Shown: piece by piece, positions 19,826 through 29,864 of the stretch | How the letters are laid out: each line of letters starts with the position of its first letter | How positions within the stretch are numbered: the first letter of the stretch is position 1 | Origin: Promethearchaeota archaeon | GTDB taxonomy: Archaea > Asgardarchaeota > Lokiarchaeia > Sigyniarchaeales > SOKP01 | Assembly (NCBI GenBank): GCA_016839765.1 | Contig: JAEOTP010000069.1 | Span: forward strand, 32,001-96,000 | DNA length: 64,000 bases | Direction of reading: 5' to 3' | Translations under genes and position numbers: made by a program | The notes under the pieces: generated by a model | The model's database searches: none | Told to the model about the DNA's origin: nothing | Seen by the model: only the letters and a program-made list of their open reading frames with translations

Positions 19826-21120
19826 ATAAATACAAAGTCGATGTGGCTGTGATTGGTTCGGGAGCAGCGGGTTTAGCTTCTGCAATTGAAGTTAAAAAGG
19901 CAGAATTAAGTGTTTTAATAATAGAAAGAGATCACGAGTTAGGTGGAATTACCCTACAATGCATTCATAATGGATTTGGATTAAAAGAATTTGAAGAAGA
20001 ATTAACTGGTCCGGAATATATTCAGAGATTTATTAATGAAGTTAAAGAATTACAAATCCCTTATCTTTTAGATACAATGGTATTTGAAATCAATAAGGAT
20101 AAACTTGTTTATGCCGTTAATAAGCAAGAAGGTCTTATTGAAGTTGAAGCAAAAGCAATTATTTTAGCGATGGGTTGTAGAGAAAGAACAAGAGGAGCTA
20201 TTAATATTCCTGGTTTCAGGCCTTCTGGAATATATACTGCCGGCCAAGCCCAAAGATTTGTAAATATTGAAGGTTACTTACCAGGAAATACCTTTGTTAT
20301 CTTAGGAAGTGGAGATATCGGAATGATAATGGCACGTAGATTAACATGGGAAGGATGCAAAGTAAAAGCTGTTGTAGAGATTTTACCCTACGTAAGTGGC
20401 TTATTGAGAAATCAAGTACAGTGTCTAGAGGATTATGAAATACCTCTTATTACAAACTATACCGTTACCAAAATTCATGGTAAAGATAGAATTAAAGGGG
20501 TTACAATATCAAAAGTTGATAGAAATTTTGATCGTATTGTTGGTTCAGAAAAATTTATTGAATGCGACACGTTACTTTTGTCAGTTGGTTTAATACCGGA
20601 AAATGAATTAACATTACAAGCAGGAGCCGAACTTTCTAAAAATGGTGGTCCAATAGTTGATAATAATTTAGAAACTACTATTAAAGGCATTTTTGCTTGT
20701 GGTAATGTATTACAAGTCCATGATTTAGTTGATTTGGTTACAGCAGAAGCTAAACGCGCAGGAAAAATAGCTTCTGAATATGTTAAAAGTAGAAGTGATA
20801 AGGAAATTAAAGCCCGTGAAACGATTAAATTAGTCTCTGGAGATAATGTTAATTATGTTAAACCTGATTTAATTAATAAGAATGATCTATCAAATGATAT
20901 AATCTTCACTTTTAGGGTAAGTTATCCAGATAGAAGGGTTCTAATACAATTTAAAGATGAAGAAAATAGCATCATCTATAAAAGAAAGAAAATCTATGTT
21001 ATACCAAGTGAGATGGTCGAATTGAGTATAAATTTGGAAAAACAAGGTATAAACCCTGAATGTAAAACAATAACAGTTGAAGTAATTCCTCGTCCAGAGG
21101 TATTAATAGAGGAGGATTAA
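19822..21120 (+). CDS. NAD(P)/FAD-dependent oxidoreductase, partner of the GlpA-like protein
   Basis: GSGAAG, QCIHNGFG, LTGPEY, GSGDIG and GNVLQVHDLVD motifs; ATGA overlap with the upstream gene. Confidence 0.88.
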   Translation: MNKYKVDVAVIGSGAAGLASAIEVKKAELSVLIIERDHELGGITLQCIHNGFGLKEFEEELTGPEYIQRFINEVKELQIPYLLDTMVFEINKDKLVYAVNKQEGLIEVEAKAIILAMGCRERTRGAINIPGFRPSGIYTAGQAQRFVNIEGYLPGNTFVILGSGDIGMIMARRLTWEGCKVKAVVEILPYVSGLLRNQVQCLEDYEIPLITNYTVTKIHGKDRIKGVTISKVDRNFDRIVGSEKFIECDTLLLSVGLIPENELTLQAGAELSKNGGPIVDNNLETTIKGIFACGNVLQVHDLVDLVTAEAKRAGKIASEYVKSRSDKEIKARETIKLVSGDNVNYVKPDLINKNDLSNDIIFTFRVSYPDRRVLIQFKDEENSIIYKRKKIYVIPSEMVELSINLEKQGINPECKTITVEVIPRPEVLIEED

Positions 21121-21136
21121 TAAAAGGTGATAAACT

Positions 21137-21517
21137 ATGTCAGAACTTAGTACAATAAAAATAATTCGTTGCATTGTATGTCCAACAGGCTGTGAGATAA
21201 AAGTTAAAAAAGGGGGTGTTGAAAAAGTTACATTTGATGGTTATACTTGCGAGCGGGGACTTGAATATGCTCAGCAAGAGTATTATGAACCAAAAAGAAT
21301 TCTTACTACAACTATGAGAATCGAAAAGGGGTTATTACCTTTAATTCCCGTAAGAACGGATAAAGCTATCCTTAAAGAAAAATTAAAAGATGTCTTAGAA
21401 GAAATTGCGGAAATGAAATTAAAAGCCCCAATTAAAATGGGAGATATCTTAATTGAAAACGTCCTTGGATTAGGAGCTAATATTATAGCAAGTCGGAATT
21501 TAAACAAAATAGATTAA
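21137..21517 (+). CDS. DUF1667 / molybdopterin-oxidoreductase-like small Fe-S protein
   Basis: CIVCPTGC...TCERG..YA..E...PKRILTTT; third gene of the conserved triad. Confidence 0.85.
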   Translation: MSELSTIKIIRCIVCPTGCEIKVKKGGVEKVTFDGYTCERGLEYAQQEYYEPKRILTTTMRIEKGLLPLIPVRTDKAILKEKLKDVLEEIAEMKLKAPIKMGDILIENVLGLGANIIASRNLNKID

Positions 21518-21620
21518 TTATTTATTTTGTTTCTATAACTGTAGTTTCGTCTGAATAAAAATTTATAAACTATATGCAATAAAATTAAATTAAAAATCTT
21601 TTAAAAGAAATTATATCAAA

Positions 21621-22271
21621 TTGGATATACCAAAATTCTCAATGTTAGATTCTTTAATTATCAAAATATTACTTATTATTAGTTTCTTCTTTTTTGGGTA
21701 TAATCTTACATATATCATTCTTTTCAAAAGAAGGCATAAGAACAACCAAAGTAATAATCAGATTAATAATAAACTAAAGGAAACAAGATTATTTGCAAGA
21801 CTGGGCATTCATATTATCAATATTTTCATATTTTTATGTTGTTTAAATATTTTTATATATAATTATTGGATAATAATATTTCCAAGAATTAACTTATTTT
21901 TTAGTAATATAGTACAAATCATTGGTTTTACTTTTATTATAGGGGGTAATATCACCTTATTATTAGCCTATAGGAAATTAGGAATTTATTGGGATTACCC
22001 CATTGACGGTTTGAAAAAAAAGAAAAAATTAGTAAAATCAGGTATTTATGCTAAAATTAGACATCCAATTTACCTTTCATTTAACATTTTGTGTATTGGT
22101 TTTAATATGATTTTATTAGACTGGTTTTTATTAATTCTATATATAATTGGAGCAATTGGACTGTATTTTCAGGCAATTGATGAAGAAACGATTCTATTAG
22201 AATTTTTTGGACAAGAATATGATACTTATATGAAAAGTACTGGTAGATTTTTTCCTAAATTCAAAAAATAA
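21621..22271 (+). CDS. Isoprenylcysteine carboxyl methyltransferase / PEMT-like membrane methyltransferase
   Basis: LVKSGIYAKIRHPIY and EE..L...FGQEY..Y...TGRFFP motifs. Confidence 0.85.
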   Translation: MDIPKFSMLDSLIIKILLIISFFFFGYNLTYIILFKRRHKNNQSNNQINNKLKETRLFARLGIHIINIFIFLCCLNIFIYNYWIIIFPRINLFFSNIVQIIGFTFIIGGNITLLLAYRKLGIYWDYPIDGLKKKKKLVKSGIYAKIRHPIYLSFNILCIGFNMILLDWFLLILYIIGAIGLYFQAIDEETILLEFFGQEYDTYMKSTGRFFPKFKK

Positions 22272-22384
22272 TTATATAAATTAAGAAAAAAACCAAATAT
22301 TTATATTAACTAATTAAAAATATTCGTTATAGAGATGTAGAAAATTTAATTAATTAAATATAATGCTTTAATATTAATGAACCA

Positions 22385-23701
22385 ATGCCTAATAGTAAAA
22401 TTCTCCTTATTAATCCTCCCACTCCCCAATATAATATGAAACTATTCCCACCACTAAATTTAATTACTATTGCAAGCCATATTCCAGAAAATTATGAAGT
22501 AAAACTAATTGATAACAATTTTGAGAAGTTAGAGTATGATGCTGATCTTGTTTGTATAAGTGCTAATACATATTCTATTCGGCGAGCTTATAACATTTCT
22601 AATAAATATAGAAAAAAGGGGATTCCTGTAATAATAGGTGGCAACCATCCTACCATTTTACCGGAGGAGGCAAAATCCTTTTCTGATTCTGTTGTAATTG
22701 GAGATGGAGAGCCTATTTGGAATGAATTATTAAAAGACTACCACAACGGTAACTTAAAAAAATATTATAAATCAAGATTTTTTAATTTTGAAGAGGCAAA
22801 AATACCACGTAGAGATTTATTAAGAAGATCATATTCATTTGATTCTTTAGAAACTGTTAGAGGTTGTCCTTTTGATTGTGATTTTTGCTCAGTAACAAGA
22901 TTTCATGGAAGAACTTATCGCTTTAAACCATTGAAGAATATTGAAAAAGAGGTAGAATCATTACAAAAAAATCGCATTTTTATTGTTGATGATAATATTA
23001 TCGGTTATGGTGGAAAGGCTGAAGAAAGAACTATTGATTTGTTTAAGTTATTAATTGAATATGATTTAAAATGGATGGGACAAGCTTCGATTAATCTTGC
23101 AGATAATGAAAAAATTCTTTCTCTAGCAAGCAAAAGTGGTTGCATCTTTTTATTTATTGGATTTGAATCTATCCAAAGAGAAGCCTTGAGATATTTCAAT
23201 AAAAAATTGAATTTAAAGAGAGGAATAACGTCTTATAGAGATATAATTCAATGTTTACATGATTATGGTATTGGGATTATGGGATCGTTTATTATTGGAA
23301 CAGATTTCGATACAAAAGAAAGTTTATCTCAATTAAAGACTTATATTAAGGAATTGGAAGTTGATATACCAAATTTTACTCATTTAACTCCGTATCCAGG
23401 AACAAAAGTCTATGAAAAGCTTTTAAATGAGCAGAGGCTTATTAATGAAAAATTTTGGTTAAAAGATCCATTTCCAGTGTTTACATTTAAACCCAAAAAT
23501 CTCACTTTGGAAGAACTATATGAACATAGTATGGATCTTATAAAAAGTTTTAATAAGATTATACCTGCTTCTTTTCGGTCCTTTAAATCCTTGATAAAAA
23601 GGAAATCGATGAGAAAATCAATCTATATTTTAGCTGAAAGTCTAAATATTGGTAAAGTTTTAAATAAAGAATTAAACAATTATCAAAAATTCTATTTTTA
23701 A
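22385..23701 (+). CDS. Cobalamin-binding radical SAM protein
   Basis: B12-binding N-domain (PPLNL, GGNHPT, GDGE); RGCPFDCDFC; TPYPGT. Confidence 0.9.
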   Translation: MPNSKILLINPPTPQYNMKLFPPLNLITIASHIPENYEVKLIDNNFEKLEYDADLVCISANTYSIRRAYNISNKYRKKGIPVIIGGNHPTILPEEAKSFSDSVVIGDGEPIWNELLKDYHNGNLKKYYKSRFFNFEEAKIPRRDLLRRSYSFDSLETVRGCPFDCDFCSVTRFHGRTYRFKPLKNIEKEVESLQKNRIFIVDDNIIGYGGKAEERTIDLFKLLIEYDLKWMGQASINLADNEKILSLASKSGCIFLFIGFESIQREALRYFNKKLNLKRGITSYRDIIQCLHDYGIGIMGSFIIGTDFDTKESLSQLKTYIKELEVDIPNFTHLTPYPGTKVYEKLLNEQRLINEKFWLKDPFPVFTFKPKNLTLEELYEHSMDLIKSFNKIIPASFRSFKSLIKRKSMRKSIYILAESLNIGKVLNKELNNYQKFYF

Positions 23702-23843
23702 AAATTCCAAATCCATTTAAGTTTAAGTCGGATTGTTGTTAATTCGATTAAATTTTTCTAATAGTTATTATAAAAAATTTTTTGAAACTGTCTACATTTT
23801 CTTTTTTGAATTAATAAAGAATGTTTCAAAGGTATTCCAGAAA

Positions 23844-24299
23844 ATGACAGAAATGGACCAAATTTACAGGGTTCATAAAAATTTATATATTGGCGCATAT
23901 TGGCCACGTTTAAATTTCAAGAAATTTAAGGTAATTGGAATCACAGCTATAGTTAATTTGATGGAAGAAAATCTCTATGATCCCACCTCTCAAGGATTTG
24001 CTTATTTACATAAAGGATTTCCTGATGATTGGTATCCACCTCATACATATCTCAAAGAAATAATTGCATTCATAGATAAGCATATAAAAAATGGAAAAGT
24101 TTTAGTCCATTGCGCAATGGGAGTTTCAAGAAGCGGTGGAATAATTGTGGCATGGCTTTTAAAAAAAAATCCCAATTGGAATTGGACTGATGCGATAAAT
24201 TATGTTTGGCAATCAAGATTGATTTACCCTGCTATTGAGATTAAAGAATCTATCTTGGATTATTTTGAATCAATAGAAGGGCGAAGGAGAGACATTTAA
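23844..24299 (+). CDS. Dual-specificity protein phosphatase
   Basis: VLVHCAMGVSRS (HCX5R) and FPDD acid loop; ATG at 23844 preferred over the track's TTG at 23733. Confidence 0.88.
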   Translation: MTEMDQIYRVHKNLYIGAYWPRLNFKKFKVIGITAIVNLMEENLYDPTSQGFAYLHKGFPDDWYPPHTYLKEIIAFIDKHIKNGKVLVHCAMGVSRSGGIIVAWLLKKNPNWNWTDAINYVWQSRLIYPAIEIKESILDYFESIEGRRRDI

Positions 24300-24446
24300 A
24301 TGTCAAAATTTACTTTTTTTTTTGAAATCGAGAAAGAGAGATTTTAGCTTTTAACTTTAACTTTTTTTTTTACAAAGATTTTTAAAATGAATCTTAGATC
24401 TTTTATTAAATTACATTTTGATTAGATTTTAAAAAAAGGAGAAAAT

Positions 24447-24773
24447 ATGTCTGAATTTGAAGAAAAGGTGTTATCCTTACTCGAAAAAATCAATGATAAA
24501 TTGGATAAACTTCTTAAATCAAAACCAACTTCAACCATAGAAGTAAAAGCAGCAGGGACGGGTACAGTTAAGCCGTCTGCTATCGTTGAAAAACAAGAGG
24601 AAGAAGAAAAAGCAATAGAAAAACCCCCTGTAGAAGGAAGAAGGATATGTCCTGATTGTGGAGGAACTGACTTTAGGACTGAAGAAGATCGCTCTCAAGT
24701 ATTGCATCAGATGGGAGGGATAAAAATCTACGCGAAACAATATATATGTAAGAAATGTGGAAAAGTTGTTTAA
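24447..24773 (+). CDS. Short coiled coil + linker + C-terminal Zn ribbon protein
   Basis: EEKVLSLLEKINDKLDKLL; EGRRICPDCG...YICKKCG; GGAG RBS upstream. Confidence 0.8.
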   Translation: MSEFEEKVLSLLEKINDKLDKLLKSKPTSTIEVKAAGTGTVKPSAIVEKQEEEEKAIEKPPVEGRRICPDCGGTDFRTEEDRSQVLHQMGGIKIYAKQYICKKCGKVV

Positions 24774-24905
24774 TTTTTTTCTTTTATTTTAAATTTTTTT
24801 AATAATCAAGCAACTCTAAATCGATTTCTTTTAAAAAAACCTTGAAAATCTGTCTCTATCATCCAATAAAGGCATCTTTTTTATCTGATGATATACAATT
24901 TTCTG

Positions 24906-26741
24906 TTATTTCTGCTTTTTCTTTTTGAATGGATCTTTAAATTGCATTTTATATAAATGATTATAAAGACCATTTAATTCAACTAATTCTTGATGTGACC
25001 CCTCTTCAACTATTTTCCCCTTATCTAAAACAATAATACGGTCTGAATTTATTATTGTAGATAATCTATGTGCTATAGAGATGCTTGTACGCCCTTTTAA
25101 TAAAGTTTCTAGGGCTTGTTGTATTAGAAGTTCACTGTATGGGTCGATAGATGAGGTTGCTTCATCTAGGATTAGAATAGGTGGATCACCTATTAATGCT
25201 CTTGCAAATGCAATCAATTGTCTTTGACCTTCAGATAATTTACTACCCCTTTCTCCTACGATTGTATCATAGCCTCTCTCAAGATTTACTATAAATTCAT
25301 GAGCATTTACCTTTTTAGCTGTTTCTACAATTTGATCTTCAGTGGCGTTTAAATTTCCGTATCTTATGTTTTCCATAATAGTACCAGAAAATAGAAAATT
25401 CTCTTGGAGGACAATTCCCATCTTATTTCTTAGACTTTTAAGATTTATATCCTTTAAATTAATAGTATCAACATCTATCCCTCCTTTTGTCGGATCATAA
25501 AATCGAGACAGTAATTTAACGAATGTACTCTTCCCTGCACCTGTATAACCAACTAGTGCTAATCTTTCTTTTGCTTTTACTTTTAAATTGATACTTTCTA
25601 ATACTGGAACATTTTCTTCATACGAAAAATCCACATTTTTGTATTCAATTATTCCTTTTACATTTTTTAAAACGAGAGCATCTTGTATTTCTTTTATTGA
25701 TGGTTCTTCATCTAATAAACCAATAATTCTAGCTCCAGCTGCAATTGAATTTTGTAAAAGTGTTAAAAAACTAATTAATGATAATAAAGGCTCAAAGAAC
25801 ATAAAAATATAAAAAATAAACGCTAATAAAGTGCCTTGTGAGAGTGACCCTTCTCGAATTAAAAAGCCTGCAGTAAAAAATACAACACTAATTCCTAAAG
25901 TTATGACTAATAGACTAATTCCGGGTATAAATGCGAGCAACTTTGCGGCTTTCATGGTCGTTTGTTTTTCTAGCTCTGTGGTGTTTTTAAATTCGTTATA
26001 ATTTTCCTCCTCGACAGCAAAGGATTGAATCGTTCGCATTCCCATAATAGACTCATCCAAATTGCTGGTTACGTCAGCAACTCTTTCTCTTAAATCCTTG
26101 AAGTATTTTCTAGCTTTTTTTAAAAGAATAATTCCTAATCCGAAAACTATAGGTACAATCAAGAATATTACTAGTGTTAAACCAGGACTTAATATAATCA
26201 TAAAAAGTAAAGCTCCAAGCACTAAAAAGATATTACTCAGAGAAATTAATAATCCTGATTGTATTAATTGTTGGATAGTATTTACATCACCAGTGAGATA
26301 ATTGATCTTTTTTCCTGTTGTACGGTTGGGAGTTTCGTGATAATCTAAGCCTAATTTTTGAAATTTAATAAAAAGTTCTGCTCTTAAATTGAACATTGTA
26401 ATTGTTGCTAATTTTTGTATAATATAATTTTGGGCTATCCTTATAAGAACTCCAGAAATTGTCAAAACAAAAAAAATAATCCCAAGAATAATAACTACAT
26501 CAATATTACCTTCAGTTGCACCTATTCCACCACCCAAACCATCATCCACCAATGATTTAAATACTAAGGGAGTAAACCAATTAAACGCTATATTTAAAAT
26601 GATAAATATGGTAAGAGGGAAGAACAGCTTTCTATTTTTTTTTCCAATATACCGAATGAATCTCCCTAATATTTTTAAAGTCCCTTTAATATCTCTCTTT
26701 TCCTTATGTTCTTCATTTACTTCTTTTTTTTCTCTCGACAC
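24906..26741 (-). CDS. ABC exporter, heterodimer subunit with consensus catalytic residues
   Basis: TM domain plus GYTGAGKS, LSEGQRQ, ILDEATS and AHRLS. Confidence 0.93.
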   Translation of the reverse strand: MSREKKEVNEEHKEKRDIKGTLKILGRFIRYIGKKNRKLFFPLTIFIILNIAFNWFTPLVFKSLVDDGLGGGIGATEGNIDVVIILGIIFFVLTISGVLIRIAQNYIIQKLATITMFNLRAELFIKFQKLGLDYHETPNRTTGKKINYLTGDVNTIQQLIQSGLLISLSNIFLVLGALLFMIILSPGLTLVIFLIVPIVFGLGIILLKKARKYFKDLRERVADVTSNLDESIMGMRTIQSFAVEEENYNEFKNTTELEKQTTMKAAKLLAFIPGISLLVITLGISVVFFTAGFLIREGSLSQGTLLAFIFYIFMFFEPLLSLISFLTLLQNSIAAGARIIGLLDEEPSIKEIQDALVLKNVKGIIEYKNVDFSYEENVPVLESINLKVKAKERLALVGYTGAGKSTFVKLLSRFYDPTKGGIDVDTINLKDINLKSLRNKMGIVLQENFLFSGTIMENIRYGNLNATEDQIVETAKKVNAHEFIVNLERGYDTIVGERGSKLSEGQRQLIAFARALIGDPPILILDEATSSIDPYSELLIQQALETLLKGRTSISIAHRLSTIINSDRIIVLDKGKIVEEGSHQELVELNGLYNHLYKMQFKDPFKKKKQK

Positions 26742-28567
26742 TATGCTCGTTCCTCGACTTTTAGTGTTAAATATAAATTTCTATAAATCCCTTCTTGACT
26801 CATTAATTCTTCATGGGTGCCTAATTGGGCAATTTCTCCGTTATTTAAGATTAATATTCTATCAGCATTTCTCACACTTGATAATCTTTGAGTAATAAGA
26901 AAGGTGGTAGAATCTTTGAAAACTTCTTTGAAATTCTTTTGGATTCTATATTCAGTATCAACATCGACACTACTAGTAGCGTCATCTAGAATCAAGATTT
27001 TGGGTTTAATAGCTAAAGCTCTAGCAATTGAAATTCTTTGCTTTTGACCCCCTGATAGAGTTGTACCTCTTTCACTTACCTTAGTTTCATACTTTTCGGG
27101 TAAATCTTCTTCAATAAATTGGTAAATGTTAGCAAATTTTGCTGCATTTTTTATGTCTTCATTCTTTATAGACTTATTACCAAACGCAATATTTTCCTTA
27201 ATTGAGCAGGAAAATAAAAATCTTTCTTGTGAGACAAAACCGATTTGTTTTCTCAGAGATTTGAAGCTAACATCCTTTATGTTAATACCATCTATAAGAA
27301 CTTCTCCCCTAGATACATCATAAAACCTAGGAATTAATTTAACCAATGCTGATTTTCCAGAGCCGGTTGCTCCTAATATTGCAATATTTTCACCCGGCTT
27401 AATTTTCAAATTTATATTTTTTAATACAAAATTTTTCTTAATTTCATTAAAATTAAAAAATACATTTCTAAATTCAACTTCTCCCTTAATGGTGGGCATT
27501 TCAAGAGCATCTTCTTTTTCTTTGACGATAATCTTTGAATTCAAAATATGAACCACTCTATCAGACGTTTCTGATATTTGGGGCATATTTCCAAAAAATC
27601 TTGAGATAAAGTACAAAGGTTCTATTGAAAAATTCAAAACCATTACAAATGCGAACAAATCTCCAAAAGTGATATCATTATTGAGGACAAATAATCCTCC
27701 AAGAAGTAATACAATAAGAAAAGCAATATTATCAATTAAACGAATTATTGGATCAAAGCTTGATTGTAGTTTTATAATGTCCATTGAATCTTTATAGTAT
27801 TTCTCATTATATTGTGAAAATTTATTAATTTCATAAGATTCTCTTCCAAAAGATTTCACAACAGTAATTCCTTGAACATTCTCTTGAATGTTGTTGGTCA
27901 AATCTGCATAAGTTTCCCTTGATTTTTTAAAGACGGGCCTAAATTTCTTTCTGAAAATAAGTAATACATAAAATAACGCAGGTGACACAATTATAACAAA
28001 GAAAGCTAATTCAATATCGATTATAAAAAGAATTGCAAAGCTAAATGAAAAAGTAAAGAGTTGTCGTATAAAAAGTTGAAGATTATTTCCCAAAAATTCC
28101 TTAAGTAAATTTACATCACTTGTTGTTCGAGACAGAAGTTCTCCGGTCTTGTGTTCATCTAACCATCCCCAAGACATCTGCTGTATTGTAGAAAAAAGGT
28201 CGTTTCTTAAATTATAAATTACACTTGCTCCCATCCATCTATTAATATAAATTCTTATTCCATTAATGATGCCAACAAGAGATTGAATAATTACTATGGT
28301 AAAAAATATAGGAAAAACATTTTCAATAAGAATACTCGGATTTACTAAGATATCCATTGCTGGTCCTAGAAATAAAGGAAATGTGAGGTATAAGATAGAT
28401 TGAACTACTCCTAAAATAGCTATAAAGATGAAGAGCTTTTTAAATTCCCAAAGATAGGATAGAATTTGCTTTACTGATGATTTATATCTATGAGTGAGAA
28501 ATCTGTTTCTACGTTCTAAGAATTCAATTTTTTTTCGCATATTGAATAATTTGAAAGTTTTAATCAC
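26741..28567 (-). CDS. ABC exporter, heterodimer subunit with degenerate site (TM287/288-like pair)
   Basis: GATGSGKS, LSGGQKQ, ILDDATS (E to D) and TQRLS (H to Q). Confidence 0.93.
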   Translation of the reverse strand: MIKTFKLFNMRKKIEFLERRNRFLTHRYKSSVKQILSYLWEFKKLFIFIAILGVVQSILYLTFPLFLGPAMDILVNPSILIENVFPIFFTIVIIQSLVGIINGIRIYINRWMGASVIYNLRNDLFSTIQQMSWGWLDEHKTGELLSRTTSDVNLLKEFLGNNLQLFIRQLFTFSFSFAILFIIDIELAFFVIIVSPALFYVLLIFRKKFRPVFKKSRETYADLTNNIQENVQGITVVKSFGRESYEINKFSQYNEKYYKDSMDIIKLQSSFDPIIRLIDNIAFLIVLLLGGLFVLNNDITFGDLFAFVMVLNFSIEPLYFISRFFGNMPQISETSDRVVHILNSKIIVKEKEDALEMPTIKGEVEFRNVFFNFNEIKKNFVLKNINLKIKPGENIAILGATGSGKSALVKLIPRFYDVSRGEVLIDGINIKDVSFKSLRKQIGFVSQERFLFSCSIKENIAFGNKSIKNEDIKNAAKFANIYQFIEEDLPEKYETKVSERGTTLSGGQKQRISIARALAIKPKILILDDATSSVDVDTEYRIQKNFKEVFKDSTTFLITQRLSSVRNADRILILNNGEIAQLGTHEELMSQEGIYRNLYLTLKVEERA

Positions 28568-28649
28568 AAATTAATAATTGGTTATATTTTTAATTCCATT
28601 AAAATTAAATCCTATAAATATTCGAAGAAATTAGTTTCCTCACCAAATT

Positions 28650-29756
28650 TTGTTTTTAAAGGTGAAATCTATTCCAACGATACGAATGAAAAAATGGCTC
28701 AAATCTCTAAAAACTTTCAGTTTAAATAAATTCACCAATAGAAAAATACCATATTCCGCACAAATCGAGGTTACTCTAAGATGTAATGCGAGTTGTCCTT
28801 TTTGCTCAATTCCAGCTTTACCTAAGTCAGTAATCATTAATGAAATGAATACTAATCAAATAAAATTAATAATTGATCAAATTGCAGAGTTGGGAGTTAA
28901 TATCATATCTTTTACTGGAGGAGAACCAACTTTGAGAAAAGATTTGCCCGAACTCATCAGCTATACAGGAATCACGCATGATTCTATTGTTGGTGTTGCC
29001 ACAAATGGATATTTAATGCCGAAGTTATTCAAACAAAACGGAGGATTAGAAGGATTGGATTACCTCTTGATCTCAATCGATTATCCACAAGCAAAATTAC
29101 ATGATAAAAAAAGAGGAATTAAAGTATTTGATAAAGCTATTGAAACAATAAACATTGCAAACAAAAGAGACATAAAAGTCATAATAAATACTGTTGTAAT
29201 GAATGATAATATCCATTTACTTGAAAAAATATGTCAATTAGCAGAAACATATGATGTGTCTATAGAGTTATATCCTTGCGAGTATATTGTTCGAGAATTT
29301 CATAATAAAAAATATTTCATAGAAAATATTGAAGAGATGCTCCCAAATATCTCATTATGGGCTAATTTAATTCGCTCCTTGAGAGAAAGATATAAAAACA
29401 TATTAACCGACCCATTTAGTATTACTGTTATAGAAAAAGGAGGTTTTGGTGGATATCCAGACTATAATCAACGATTCTTACGTTGCCATGTTTCAGAAGC
29501 CTACCTGTTTGTTAGATGGGATGGTTTCATTGATTACCCATGTAAAATTCACCCCTTAATAAGTTTTAATGCATTAAAGTATCCCATATCACTAATTTAT
29601 AATTTAAAAGAAGTAAGAGACATTATGCAATGCCGGGATGACTTTAAATTCTGTAATGGATGTTATTTTGGCTGTGCTATTGTAGCTAGCTTGCCAGCTA
29701 AGTGGAAGGCTCTCTATTCTAAATATGTTCAAGGTTATTTAAATGGAAATTTATAA
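28650..29756 (+). CDS. Radical SAM protein with SPASM/twitch-like C-terminus (start may be 28686)
   Basis: CNASCPFC, FTGGEP, ATNG; C-terminal Cys (RCH, PCK, CNGCYFGC). Confidence 0.88.
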   Translation: MFLKVKSIPTIRMKKWLKSLKTFSLNKFTNRKIPYSAQIEVTLRCNASCPFCSIPALPKSVIINEMNTNQIKLIIDQIAELGVNIISFTGGEPTLRKDLPELISYTGITHDSIVGVATNGYLMPKLFKQNGGLEGLDYLLISIDYPQAKLHDKKRGIKVFDKAIETINIANKRDIKVIINTVVMNDNIHLLEKICQLAETYDVSIELYPCEYIVREFHNKKYFIENIEEMLPNISLWANLIRSLRERYKNILTDPFSITVIEKGGFGGYPDYNQRFLRCHVSEAYLFVRWDGFIDYPCKIHPLISFNALKYPISLIYNLKEVRDIMQCRDDFKFCNGCYFGCAIVASLPAKWKALYSKYVQGYLNGNL

Positions 29757-29826
29757 TGATATAATCATTTTCTAAATGAATTTTAAATTAGAAAAATTCC
29801 TACAGATTAAAAGAAAATTTGAGAAA

Positions 29827-29862
29827 ATTTTAAAGTAAAAGAAGATTTTAAAGTAAAAGAAC
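29827..29862 (+). repeat. 18-bp tandem duplication containing a TATA-like box
   Basis: attttaaagtaaaagaag attttaaagtaaaagaac immediately before the TTG at 29865. Confidence 0.8.
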
Positions 29863-29864
29863 AT

